DNA from: Hadesarchaea archaeon
GTDB taxonomy: Archaea > Hadarchaeota > Hadarchaeia > Hadarchaeales > Hadarchaeaceae
Length of the DNA: 64,000 nucleotides
Assembly: GCA_029259175.1 (NCBI GenBank)
Contig: JAPDJH010000002.1
Location: 18,733 to 82,732 of the forward strand
Direction of reading: 5' to 3'
Below, one piece after another: positions 9,226-18,260 of the stretch (position 1 is the first letter of the stretch; each line of letters starts with the position of its first letter). The notes beneath the pieces were generated by a model. That model worked only from the letters and a program-made list of their open reading frames with translations, had not been told where the DNA came from and ran no database searches. The position numbers were made by a program, and so were the translations under genes.

Positions 9226-9657
9226 CTAGTGTCCCTCGAATCCATTTTCTATTTTCTTCATGAGCATGACTAGCCCGTGACCTATGTTCTCAGGTTTTGG
9301 TGGGCATCCGGTGACCCAGACGTCCACCGGGATGTATTTATCTATGCGCTTGATTGTGGAATAAGAGTCCCAGTACATTCCTCCAGTCATGGGGCAACTC
9401 CCAAGGGCGAGAACATATTTGGGAGACGGCATTTGTTCGTAAATTCTCTTTATACGCGGAAGGGCTTTTTTTGTCACGTAACCAGCTATGATGAGCACGT
9501 CTGCATGCCGGGGGCTCCCCTTGGCCAATATCCCGAAGCGTTCCATGTCGTAACCTGATCCAACCCAAGGAAGCAGTTCTATGAATCCGCAAGCGGTGAA
9601 GTAATTGATAACCCAAAGCGAGCGAGCGCGCGTTTTGTGTTTTATACCCACGGGCAC
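9226..9657 (-). CDS. NuoB / hydrogenase small-subunit-like protein
   Basis: Has TACGFIEL (a single Cys where NuoB has CC), LGSCPMTGG and VTGCPPKPE. GAGGAGG precedes alternative GTG starts at 9657 and 9651. Confidence 0.85.
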   Translation of the reverse strand: MPVGIKHKTRARSLWVINYFTACGFIELLPWVGSGYDMERFGILAKGSPRHADVLIIAGYVTKKALPRIKRIYEQMPSPKYVLALGSCPMTGGMYWDSYSTIKRIDKYIPVDVWVTGCPPKPENIGHGLVMLMKKIENGFEGH

Positions 9658-9847
9658 GCCTCCTCAGTTTTTCATATTATGGTGGGTGAGGGTTTATAAA
9701 GGCTGGGAGCAAAAATCGAGGGTACAAATTCTGATTTTGCCTGCCCACGAGTTCCAGCACGCGCTTATCCTCTAGTTTGAGTTTCACCACTTGTGAACTT
9801 TCTCGTGCCGCCTGAGGAAGCCGAGAACAAAATTGTTATCTCCATCC

Positions 9848-10387
9848 TTACGCTGGCCACACGTGTCCGTGGCAGTGATCGATTGGAAAGGGGAAGCTGA
9901 AAACGATGATCGTGTTGATATTATCAATAGTCCCCGCCCACGAGAGTTCCCTTTCGGACTTGGTGAAGTCGTAGATGAGATCCAATCCATGAGCATTCAG
10001 AAACCAGAGGAGATCGTATGAGTTTTCCGCATATTCCTTGCCGTGAACATCGCATCTCAAAGTCGTCGTCTTGTTTTCCTCATCGAACTCAACGCTGAAG
10101 TTATCGGCAACCACATTGTATTTCTTGTTAAATTGCTCAATTTGGGCGGATTGGAAGCCACTTTGGTTTTCCATGATTTGGGAGAATTGATTTTCATCCC
10201 AGAAGAGAGTTTCCTGATAATGCAGAACCGGTCCATCCGCGACTATCTCGATGTATCTCTCTACGGCGTTTTCTCCCTGCCAAAGTGGGACTGGCTTTCG
10301 TTGGGCAACCCACCAAGCAGAAACACTGATGAGAACAACGCAGATCACTGCAACGATGATAATTTTTCCAGCCATTTTCACTTTCAC
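9848..10387 (-). CDS. Hypothetical protein with N-terminal transmembrane anchor and C-terminal HCHGH motif
   Basis: N-terminus MKVKMAGKIIIVAVICVVLISVSAWWV, C-terminus ...FSFPFPIDHCHGHVWPA. I recognise no family. Confidence 0.6.
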   Translation of the reverse strand: MKVKMAGKIIIVAVICVVLISVSAWWVAQRKPVPLWQGENAVERYIEIVADGPVLHYQETLFWDENQFSQIMENQSGFQSAQIEQFNKKYNVVADNFSVEFDEENKTTTLRCDVHGKEYAENSYDLLWFLNAHGLDLIYDFTKSERELSWAGTIDNINTIIVFSFPFPIDHCHGHVWPA

Positions 10388-10851
10388 ACCTTCCCTTCCA
10401 GCCAGCCAATTCTGACATTGTCCTTCTGGTCAAACTTTGGAACGTATGGTTTGATGTCCAAAAGAGGAGTACCATCAAGCATATCAACGCCTTTCACCTT
10501 GAGGATATTTCCTTCACGCTTTAGTAGCTCCACAATCGTGAGCCCTATTGGGTTTGGCCTGTTAGGGGATCTCGTGGCGAAAACCCCATGAAGAGCATCG
10601 TCTAGGTAAGGTTTTACCAAAAGTCCCAGCGAATCCAAGCGGTGTTCTTTTTTCACAGAGTGCTTCACCGGTTTATGGAACTCGTACAGGATTATGAGGT
10701 GAGAAAAGCCTTCTATGTCTTTCAGCCCCTCCTCATATTCCTTGAAAACCTCGATCTCCCCAATTTCCTCTGACACGTAGGCTTGATGGGGTGCCTCTCC
10801 GTCCTTTTTGTATGGCGTGTGGATTATTCCTATTGGCTTTAGTTTTATCAT
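10384..10851 (-). CDS. trmO: tRNA methyltransferase TrmO (YaeB/UPF0066 family)
   Basis: Has MIKLKPIGIIHTPY, ATRSPNRPNPIG and DGTPLLDIKPY. The ATG at 10851 overlaps the upstream stop (ATGA). Confidence 0.85.
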   Translation of the reverse strand: MIKLKPIGIIHTPYKKDGEAPHQAYVSEEIGEIEVFKEYEEGLKDIEGFSHLIILYEFHKPVKHSVKKEHRLDSLGLLVKPYLDDALHGVFATRSPNRPNPIGLTIVELLKREGNILKVKGVDMLDGTPLLDIKPYVPKFDQKDNVRIGWLEGKV

Positions 10852-11495
10852 TCTACCACAAGCCCTGCCCCACACCTCACGTATTGTTTCGGGAATGCGC
10901 GCGCCAACTCCTTTTTGTATACAGTGCAGTGGCAGGGAGAAATCAACCTAAGGCCCTTTAGAGCGTCGAAATCGCTGAACCCGTGAAAGCCTCCAACGAT
11001 ACCGTATATCTTGCCAATTTTTGATGCTGCGTTTAGGATGCTGCGCACTCCCGGATGAGAGCAGCCCGTGATCACAAACGCGCCTCTTTTGTCCAGACAA
11101 ATCAACGACTGCTCTTTAGTGTATGCGCCCAACTCACCTGTCGTGAATATCTCCTTGCGTATCTGTGTTGGCCCACGGACTTCAACCAACCTCGTTTTTG
11201 CTGGGATCTCGTTTTTTAACCACCTAGAAAACGATGCCAAGGCGTACACGGTAAGATTTGGGTTCACCTCAAGTAGCTCCGATAGCCCACCGGTGTGATC
11301 CCCATGCCCGTGCGACAATACGACAGATTTTATGTTGCTCGGATCTATGCCCAATTTTTCCATGTTATGCAATAAGGCCACACCATCGCCACCCGTGTCG
11401 AACAAGGTGTCGTTGTCGATTAAACAGGAGAAACCCCAGCCCGCTATTAGTCCTTTCTTTAACACTTCATTGTCATAAACCACTGTTATTTTCAT
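10848..11495 (-). CDS. MBL-fold metallo-hydrolase (paralog of 3752-4642)
   Basis: Has SHGHGDHTGG and TGCSHPG. I take the start at MKITVVYDN. Confidence 0.8.
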   Translation of the reverse strand: MKITVVYDNEVLKKGLIAGWGFSCLIDNDTLFDTGGDGVALLHNMEKLGIDPSNIKSVVLSHGHGDHTGGLSELLEVNPNLTVYALASFSRWLKNEIPAKTRLVEVRGPTQIRKEIFTTGELGAYTKEQSLICLDKRGAFVITGCSHPGVRSILNAASKIGKIYGIVGGFHGFSDFDALKGLRLISPCHCTVYKKELARAFPKQYVRCGAGLVVE

Positions 11496-11585
11496 CAGTA
11501 CCAGCTTCCGATTGGGAATCTTCTGTAATTTAATGAGCACAGTTAAGTTTATATGTAATTATGTGCATATGCTAATAATGGAGGA

Positions 11586-12074
11586 ATGGAAGAGATGGCT
11601 TACGGTCAAGGGGGTTGGAGAAGGGGAAGAAGAAACATGTATTACCTCACAGGCATGCCGGGATGGATGAGGTTTGGATATCCCCCGTGGTGGATGGGCG
11701 GTCCAGCAGGAACGCCGGCCGCCCAACCTCTGGTGCAGGCTGGGCAGATACCACAACCTTACTCGACGCAAGCACCAGCCCAAGGTTCGGTTCCCTCTCA
11801 CGAGAACTGCGCCAATTACAGGGATGGATTCTGCACGTTATATGGCATCCCTATAGATCCCAACACTCCTGTGTGTCCAAACTTTACGCCGAAGAATATC
11901 TCTTCAACACCACCAATGCCATCAACCTCACCCTCGTTCCAAGTCCCTGTTGGTTTTCCTCAAGCACAAATGTCCAAAGACCAAGAAGTCCAGATGTTGG
12001 AAAGTCAGGCGAGAATGGTGGAGCAACAGCTCGAGCTGATCAAGAAAAGGCTTGAAGAACTCAAAAGGAGGTGA
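11586..12074 (+). CDS. DUF5320-family protein
   Basis: The N-terminus is Gly/Pro/aromatic-rich (GWRRGRRNMYYLTGMPGWMRFGYPPWWMG). The tail is a coiled coil, DQEVQMLESQARMVEQQLELIKKRLEELKRR. Confidence 0.7.
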   Translation: MEEMAYGQGGWRRGRRNMYYLTGMPGWMRFGYPPWWMGGPAGTPAAQPLVQAGQIPQPYSTQAPAQGSVPSHENCANYRDGFCTLYGIPIDPNTPVCPNFTPKNISSTPPMPSTSPSFQVPVGFPQAQMSKDQEVQMLESQARMVEQQLELIKKRLEELKRR

Positions 12075-12079
12075 GATAG

Positions 12080-12496
12080 ATGCCGTTTGGAATGGGCCCC
12101 TATGGCTGGATGGGAATGTACGGGTATCCATACTGGGGGTGGAGATGCAGGTGGTTCCCGTGGTTGCCCAGATGGTGGTGGACTGGAATATACGGTCCCA
12201 TCACACCTTTCACGGGAGCACCATGGATGCCTTACAGCTCATATAGCTCCTACGCTCTAACGACTACACCATGGACAGCCTTCTATGCGCCCTACTACGC
12301 ATCCTCCTACAGCCCGTATGCACCGCCAATCGCGGCAATGCCGAACGTGGCGTACCCGTTCCCATATCTAGCCGGTGCAGAGGCTCCCCAAATTCCGAGG
12401 GAACAGGAAATAGAGATGCTCGAGAGCCAAGCAGCAGCGCTCCAGCAGCAATTGGATCAGATCAAGAAGAGGCTTGAGGAGCTCGGCAGAATATAG
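12080..12496 (+). CDS. DUF5320-family protein, extremely Trp/Tyr/Pro-rich variant
   Basis: N-terminus MPFGMGPYGWMGMYGYPYWGWRCRWFPWLPRWWWTGIYGP, tail EQEIEMLESQAAALQQQLDQIKKRLEELGRI. Confidence 0.7.
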   Translation: MPFGMGPYGWMGMYGYPYWGWRCRWFPWLPRWWWTGIYGPITPFTGAPWMPYSSYSSYALTTTPWTAFYAPYYASSYSPYAPPIAAMPNVAYPFPYLAGAEAPQIPREQEIEMLESQAAALQQQLDQIKKRLEELGRI

Positions 12497-12621
12497 GACT
12501 CAACGGTCGGCGCTGTTCAGGTCGCTCTTTCTCATCCCAAATCCGGCTGGTTGGGCTAGGAGATGTCATTGTTTAAATTCTTGAGTCGATAGGGGGTTAG
12601 AGAAGAGGAGGCAAGGCTAAA

Positions 12622-13989
12622 ATGAAAATCTTACTTCTTTCTCCTCCAACCACGAGTGCGGTAAAAGCAGTTGTGGGAACAACGGGTCCGCCTCTCGGTT
12701 TGGCTTATCTAGCATCCATGGTGAGAGAAGAGCATGAGGTACGTATAGTCGATTCGCTTGCCGAGGGCTATGATCACGGAGATGTGAAAAGAATAATGAA
12801 AGGGTACGATCCCGATGTGGTTGGAATAACTGCAACCACCTCGATGATGCCCGATGCCTATCGAGTCGCGAGAATGGCGAAAAGGCTCAATGAAAACGTA
12901 AAAGTAGTAATGGGTGGCCCTCATGCGACATTTTTGCCAGAAAGAACCTTTAGAGAATGTCCTTATTTGGACTTCATAGTGAGAGGAGAAGGGGAAGTCA
13001 CTTTCAAGGAACTTGTTGATGCTTTAGAGGAAAATAAGAACCCTTCCAACATTTTGGGTCTGAGTATAAACATGGATGGCAAAGTAAAGAACAATCCCTC
13101 GCGACCCCTTATAGAAAACCTCGACACAATTCCTATGCCTTCTTACGATTTGCTCCCCATGGAAAAGTATCAAGTTGACGGAGTTAGATTCGGAACTTTG
13201 ATGACGAGTAGAGGCTGCCCGTTCAGGTGTGTATTCTGCTCATCTTCTCTTCTATTCGGTAACAGATGGAGAGGGCATAGCGATTCGAGGGTGATTGAGG
13301 AGCTGAAATATCTTCGGGAAGAATACAAGATTCAGGAGATAGAGTTCTTGGACGATACCTTTACTTTAAATAAGAGAAGAGCACTGAGAATAGCTAAAAG
13401 GATTGTAAAAGAAGGGCTCGATGTTTCGTGGTCTGCCTCCTCGAGGGTCGACCTGTTCACGGATGAAGTTGCTGAAGCTATGAAAAGAGGCGGATGCCAC
13501 ACAATATATTTCGGCATTGAATCCGGTTCCTCAAAGACCCTCGAGTTCATCGACAAGAGGATAACTCCTGAGCAATCGATTTCTGCAGTGAAGAAAGCAA
13601 AAAAGCATAAACTCCAAGCCTTAGGAGCATTCATTATAGGATTTCCTGAGGAGAGTAGAGAAGACGTAGAGAAAACGATAAAATTTTCAAAAAAGGTGGG
13701 TGTGGATTACGCACAGTTCACCATAGCCACACCCTATCCGGGAACGAGGTTATGGGATTATGCTTTGTCTAAGAAACTTATACGGACTTTTGATTGGAAA
13801 AAGTACACCACATTGGATCCGGTGATGAGATTGAAAAATTTCACCACCAAGCAAATAAGGAAGCTCTTTCGGAAGACATACGTGAGCTTCTACCTGCGCC
13901 CGTCCTATGTGATTAAAGACCTGATTTTAAGAAAAGGTTTTACGTTTAGAAGGGCTATTTCAGGAATCATAAAATGGTTTAATCGATAA
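12622..13989 (+). CDS. B12-binding-domain radical SAM protein
   Basis: The N-terminus is a Rossmann-like B12-type domain (MKILLLSPP...VVGITATT...VVMGGPHAT), followed by SRGCPFRCVFC. Confidence 0.85.
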   Translation: MKILLLSPPTTSAVKAVVGTTGPPLGLAYLASMVREEHEVRIVDSLAEGYDHGDVKRIMKGYDPDVVGITATTSMMPDAYRVARMAKRLNENVKVVMGGPHATFLPERTFRECPYLDFIVRGEGEVTFKELVDALEENKNPSNILGLSINMDGKVKNNPSRPLIENLDTIPMPSYDLLPMEKYQVDGVRFGTLMTSRGCPFRCVFCSSSLLFGNRWRGHSDSRVIEELKYLREEYKIQEIEFLDDTFTLNKRRALRIAKRIVKEGLDVSWSASSRVDLFTDEVAEAMKRGGCHTIYFGIESGSSKTLEFIDKRITPEQSISAVKKAKKHKLQALGAFIIGFPEESREDVEKTIKFSKKVGVDYAQFTIATPYPGTRLWDYALSKKLIRTFDWKKYTTLDPVMRLKNFTTKQIRKLFRKTYVSFYLRPSYVIKDLILRKGFTFRRAISGIIKWFNR

Positions 13990-14139
13990 ACTGGGCTTCA
14001 AATCGAGTCTTCAGCGCAAGCGCAGATAGAGGCAAATACAGACTGGAACAATGAATTTTGCCACTCATGTGAGGTTCTCTTAAATCGACCAAGCGCATAT
14101 TTATTTTGTGCAATCGCTGAAAAGAAATTCTGAGCGAGT

Positions 14140-14976
14140 GTGAGGCGAGTGGAAGAAAAGATGAGGGAGATGCAGGAGCTGGAAAGGCGCATCAAAGCAC
14201 GGATGGCGAAAATCAAGCATAAGCTGGCGATCCTGAGCGGGAAAGGGGGCGTAGGGAAAAGCACCATCGCCGCGAACTTGGCAGTAGGGCTGGCACAGCG
14301 CGGATGCAAGGTTGGCATCTTGGACGCGGATATCCACGGGCCGAGCATACCGAAGATCCTTGATTTGGAGAATCGAGAGGTAGCTGTTGGACCGAATGGC
14401 ATGCTTCCGCTTGCCGGGCCTTTTGGGACAAAAGTTTTCTCAATTGAGTTTCTGCTCGATAGCAGGGAGACTCCAGTTATCTGGCGAGGTCCTCTAAAAA
14501 TGCGGGCGCTTCAACAGTTTCTGGCAGATGTGGAGTGGGGAGAACTCGACTGTTTTATAGTTGACCTGCCTCCCGGAACGGGCGATGAACCACTAAGTAT
14601 AATGCAGCTGATTCCTAGCATAAGCGGGGTCGTGATAGTCACCGTACCGTCGGAGGTTTCGCAGATAGTGGTGAAAAAAGCGATTACCTTCGTGAGGACG
14701 GTCAACGCGCCCCTGATCGGAGTGATTGAAAACATGAGCGGATTCGTGTGTCCGAATTGCGGTTCTGAGTTCAACATTTTGGGAGCTGGAGGGGGAAGAA
14801 AAATCTCTGAAGAAATGGGCGTTCGATTTCTGGGAAGAATTCCGATAGATCCGAATGTGTGTGAGGACTCGGACAGAGGCGTTCCCTTCATAATCGGACA
14901 TCCAGACTCGCCCGCCACCAAGGCCTTTTACCAAATAGTGGAAAAGATAGAAGAACTCTTGGACAAGGAGAGGTGA
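14140..14976 (+). CDS. Mrp/NBP35 (ApbC) family Fe-S cluster carrier ATPase
   Basis: Has SGKGGVGKST (Walker A), DLPPGTGD and CPNCG. The exact start is uncertain. Confidence 0.9.
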   Translation: MRRVEEKMREMQELERRIKARMAKIKHKLAILSGKGGVGKSTIAANLAVGLAQRGCKVGILDADIHGPSIPKILDLENREVAVGPNGMLPLAGPFGTKVFSIEFLLDSRETPVIWRGPLKMRALQQFLADVEWGELDCFIVDLPPGTGDEPLSIMQLIPSISGVVIVTVPSEVSQIVVKKAITFVRTVNAPLIGVIENMSGFVCPNCGSEFNILGAGGGRKISEEMGVRFLGRIPIDPNVCEDSDRGVPFIIGHPDSPATKAFYQIVEKIEELLDKER

Positions 14977-15575
14977 GGGGAGCGTTCATGGTCAGCTGTG
15001 CTTTCTGTGAGAAAAAATCTTGCGCGAGGGGCGAGCCGTGTCCGGTTGGTCTGCCGCTGAAGAAACATGCTGTGGGAGAATATCGAAAGAGAGCGAATTC
15101 GAGGCTTTACCGGAAGTCAAGCGCGCTTGAAATAGAAGGGTACATGAAGTACCCGCGGGTGCGTGAGCTGATCGAGCTGGCGAAGGACATGGGATGGAAG
15201 AAGCTAGGAATAGCTTTCTGCATCGGGCTCTCGGAGGAAGCGAGGAAACTTCAGGAAGTTTTGGAAACCCACGGGTTTGAGGTTCACTCGGTGGTGTGCA
15301 AGGTTGGAAGTGTTAAAAAACGCGAACTGGGCGTCTCCCGGAGGGATGATGAGACCGCGTGCAACCCGATTCTGCAGGCAATGGTTCTCAACCAGGTGAA
15401 AACCGACCTCAACATCATTGTGGGGCTCTGCTTGGGACATGACATTCTCTTCCAACGATACTCGGAAGCGCCCACCACAACGCTCGTGGTCAAGGACAGA
15501 GTGCTGGCTCACAATCCGCTCGGAGCCCTCTACTCTAGGTATCATCTCAAGAAACTGATGGGGAGGAAAAGTTGA
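14973..15575 (+). CDS. DUF1847-family Cys-rich protein
   Basis: N-terminus CAFCEKKSCARGEPCP, with later CNP...GLCLGHD. Its GTG overlaps the Mrp stop (GTGA). Confidence 0.6.
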   Translation: MRGAFMVSCAFCEKKSCARGEPCPVGLPLKKHAVGEYRKRANSRLYRKSSALEIEGYMKYPRVRELIELAKDMGWKKLGIAFCIGLSEEARKLQEVLETHGFEVHSVVCKVGSVKKRELGVSRRDDETACNPILQAMVLNQVKTDLNIIVGLCLGHDILFQRYSEAPTTTLVVKDRVLAHNPLGALYSRYHLKKLMGRKS

Positions 15576-16342
15576 GGTTCTCGGTGGTTTACGGTCCTGT
15601 TTCTTCGTGGAGGCTCGGCAGGTCCCTCGGCGTGGATCCGATATGCGCGGCCGAGAAGGTCTGCTCCTTCGATTGCGTTTACTGCTCCCTTGGCCGGACC
15701 ACCGAGAAAATTATTGAGCGCAAGATATTCGTTCCGACCGAGGCTGTGGAAAAATCGCTCGGGAAGGTTCTGCCCAAAGTCAAGCCCGATGTGATAACCT
15801 TCTCCGGAACCGGCGAACCAACGCTGGCGAAAAACTTGGGCGAGATGATAGAAAGCGTCAGGCGGCTCTCAAAGCTTCCCATTGCTGTTCTCACAAACTC
15901 TTCTCTCCAGTTCAAAAAGGAAGTCAGGCGGGATCTCGTGAAAGCGGACATCGTTAAGGGAAAACTGGACGCGTCAAACGCAGAGCTTTTTGCTCGGGTG
16001 AACCGGCCGCACAAGGGAATCGCGTTTTGGAAAGTTTTGAAGGGCTTGAAAAGGTTTCGAAACGAGTTCGCAGGAAAGTTTGCCTTGGAAGTGATGTTTG
16101 TTCCTCACAACAAGGAGCTTGCGGCCGACATCGCAGAGATGGTCAAAGAGATAGAACCAGATGAGGTTCATATCAACACGCCACTGCGGCCGAGCCCCGT
16201 AGCCCCGCTCAGCCGGGCGGAGCTGGAGGAGGTGGAAAAGAGCTTCCGCGGGCTCAACTACATATCAGTTTACAAGACCAAAAAACCTCCCAAGATTTCG
16301 AGAGTGATTGGGAAGGAGAAAATAAAGCGGCTTAAGCGGTGA
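15572..16342 (+). CDS. Radical SAM protein (paralog of 5644-6579)
   Basis: Has GPVSSWRLGRSLGVD and CSFDCVYC. Its TTG overlaps the upstream stop (TTGA). Confidence 0.85.
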   Translation: MRFSVVYGPVSSWRLGRSLGVDPICAAEKVCSFDCVYCSLGRTTEKIIERKIFVPTEAVEKSLGKVLPKVKPDVITFSGTGEPTLAKNLGEMIESVRRLSKLPIAVLTNSSLQFKKEVRRDLVKADIVKGKLDASNAELFARVNRPHKGIAFWKVLKGLKRFRNEFAGKFALEVMFVPHNKELAADIAEMVKEIEPDEVHINTPLRPSPVAPLSRAELEEVEKSFRGLNYISVYKTKKPPKISRVIGKEKIKRLKR

Positions 16343-16578
16343 GGGTGTAAAATGAAGATACAACTTGCTCACGTTCTGATTTTATTGTTGCGTGTATAGG
16401 AACAAGGTTTGCTTTGGAACCGCTTTGGATGTTTCATCACGATTCCGTTCAGTTCTGGGTTTTGACATCAATTGAGATCGGTGCTAAAATCGCAATCCTC
16501 ATTGCTTAGGGAACGATAGAACGCTAAATACGTATCACTAATCAAAGAAAAAAGGAATTCATTACAAAGGTGAACTGA

Positions 16579-16809
16579 CTATTTCAAAAGCCGCTTTATC
16601 TCTTCCACGGTCGGAACCCTTCCTGCCACTTTGACCTTTCCGTCCACCACAAGTGCAGGCGTTGAAACTATTCCTCTCCTTGCTATTTCGACGGCGTCGT
16701 ATACGTGGGACACTTCCGCCTTTATTCCCAGCTCCTTCACTGCCTTTCTGGCGTTCTCTTCCATTTTCCTGCACTTGGGGCAACCTATTCCTAATACCTC
16801 TATTTTCAT
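16579..16809 (-). CDS. Thioredoxin-fold small redox protein (MTH895/TM0996-like)
   Basis: MKIEVLGIGCPKC...TPALVVDGKV. Confidence 0.8.
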   Translation of the reverse strand: MKIEVLGIGCPKCRKMEENARKAVKELGIKAEVSHVYDAVEIARRGIVSTPALVVDGKVKVAGRVPTVEEIKRLLK

Positions 16810-17183
16810 GTTCTCACCTCCGGTCTGTATTTTTTAAAGTGTTTGACGATGCTCTTCCCAAAAGGGGTGAGAGAATATATGAAGTAATTCCCCAAACGCT
16901 CGGAGTGCACGAGGCCACCCTTCTTGAGTTTGGAAAGATGGTATGAGCATCTGGAATAAGAGCTCCCAATCACTTTTCTCAACATGCAGACGCACATCCG
17001 TTGACGTTTCAATGCATAAAGGATCTTCACCCGCTGGGGGTCCGAGAGAGTGTTCATAACCTTGGCCACCATCCTTATCTCATCTCGAGGAAGCTCCTTG
17101 ATGATTCGCTCGAACCCTCCTTTTTCCTCGACTTCCACCCTGATTTCTTCAGGAATCACGAATCTCTTTTTCACTCCCGCCAT
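16806..17183 (-). CDS. ArsR/SmtB-family transcriptional regulator
   Basis: Has LSDPQRVKILYALKRQRMCVCML and a wHTH-like region ..YHLSKLKKGGLV. It overlaps the downstream gene by 4 nt. Confidence 0.8.
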   Translation of the reverse strand: MAGVKKRFVIPEEIRVEVEEKGGFERIIKELPRDEIRMVAKVMNTLSDPQRVKILYALKRQRMCVCMLRKVIGSSYSRCSYHLSKLKKGGLVHSERLGNYFIYSLTPFGKSIVKHFKKYRPEVRT

Positions 17184-18203
17184 CTACAACCCCCCCAGCG
17201 CTAAGAAACACAAACCAGATATTATCGCCACGATCACCGCAAGAAACGCATACGTACCGACGACTCTCCATCCCACGATACGTGAAACCCCTAGCATAGA
17301 GGGAATGGAGGCCATGGGAGCACCTATCAGGAAAGCCAGGGCGGCAGCAGGGGTCATCCCTAAATCCAAGAGGGACTTGACAAAAAATACCTCTACTAGT
17401 GTGGGCGTGTAGGTGGGAACCCCTAAGGCTCCTCCCAGCACTACTCCTTTGGTTCCAGTCAACCATCTTGCCACCACATCCTCGGGGAGGTAAGCCTCGA
17501 TGTAGGAGACGAAGAACACCCCTGCCAACAAATAAGGAATGACTCGCTTAGTGAGATCCCAAGCCACCCTTCCTGCTTCCCAGCACTTTTCCTCGAACCC
17601 CATCCGTCCGATTTCCACTGCGCGCTCGGAGGCCGTCTTCCCGAACTTTTCCTCTATACTTCGACCCCACGGGGTTCGGGCCACCGCTGCTCCGATAATG
17701 ATCGCACCAACGAACGAGAATATCAATCTTGCGAGTGCGAGCTTGACGGATATTATCTCAGAAGTAAAGATTAGCGCCATGACGTTTGCAGCAGGTGCCA
17801 TCAGTAAGAAAGATATTGCAGGACCTATGCCCGCTCCCGCCATCATTATCCCACCAAAGATTGGTATCATTGCACACGAACAAACGGTAAACACAGGTGC
17901 CAAAGCCGCAGCGAGAAAATAGTTCTTTATTTTTTTGCTCGAGAAATGCTGCATCATTTTCTCTTTTGGGATGAAGGCTGAGAAGAATCCTCCGAGCATG
18001 AAAGCAAAAAGTAATGCTCCCCACGCACGAGTCATGTAGCTGAAAGTGTAAACAAGAGGAACCTCCCACACAGGATAGTTGTCTAGGTCTTCATACACGA
18101 AGACTGGTGTTAGGGTAGAGCCAGTGACTTTGGGATACACGATGATAACAAGTCCGAGAAGCAACAGGCCTATTGTTAAGAGTGCTTTCTTCATTTTTCT
18201 CAA
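17184..18203 (-). CDS. UPF0718/ArsP-like permease
   Basis: Multi-TM protein with a TVCSCAMIP motif. It sits in an operon with the ArsR and thioredoxin-like genes. Confidence 0.75.
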   Translation of the reverse strand: MRKMKKALLTIGLLLLGLVIIVYPKVTGSTLTPVFVYEDLDNYPVWEVPLVYTFSYMTRAWGALLFAFMLGGFFSAFIPKEKMMQHFSSKKIKNYFLAAALAPVFTVCSCAMIPIFGGIMMAGAGIGPAISFLLMAPAANVMALIFTSEIISVKLALARLIFSFVGAIIIGAAVARTPWGRSIEEKFGKTASERAVEIGRMGFEEKCWEAGRVAWDLTKRVIPYLLAGVFFVSYIEAYLPEDVVARWLTGTKGVVLGGALGVPTYTPTLVEVFFVKSLLDLGMTPAAALAFLIGAPMASIPSMLGVSRIVGWRVVGTYAFLAVIVAIISGLCFLALGGL

Positions 18204-18260
18204 GTATTTAAAAAATTTTTGAAATATTTAAATCTTTTGGGATAGGGGAAGAGCTGCTCA

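Noticed and set aside
16380-16460. A possible C/D-box sRNA in the AT-rich gap 16343-16578 (GTGATGA on the minus strand, ATGAAGA ... CTGA on the plus strand).
   Set aside because: No properly spaced D/D'/C' boxes are present: no CUGA at the right distance and no internal box pair. A single box-like heptamer is expected by chance.
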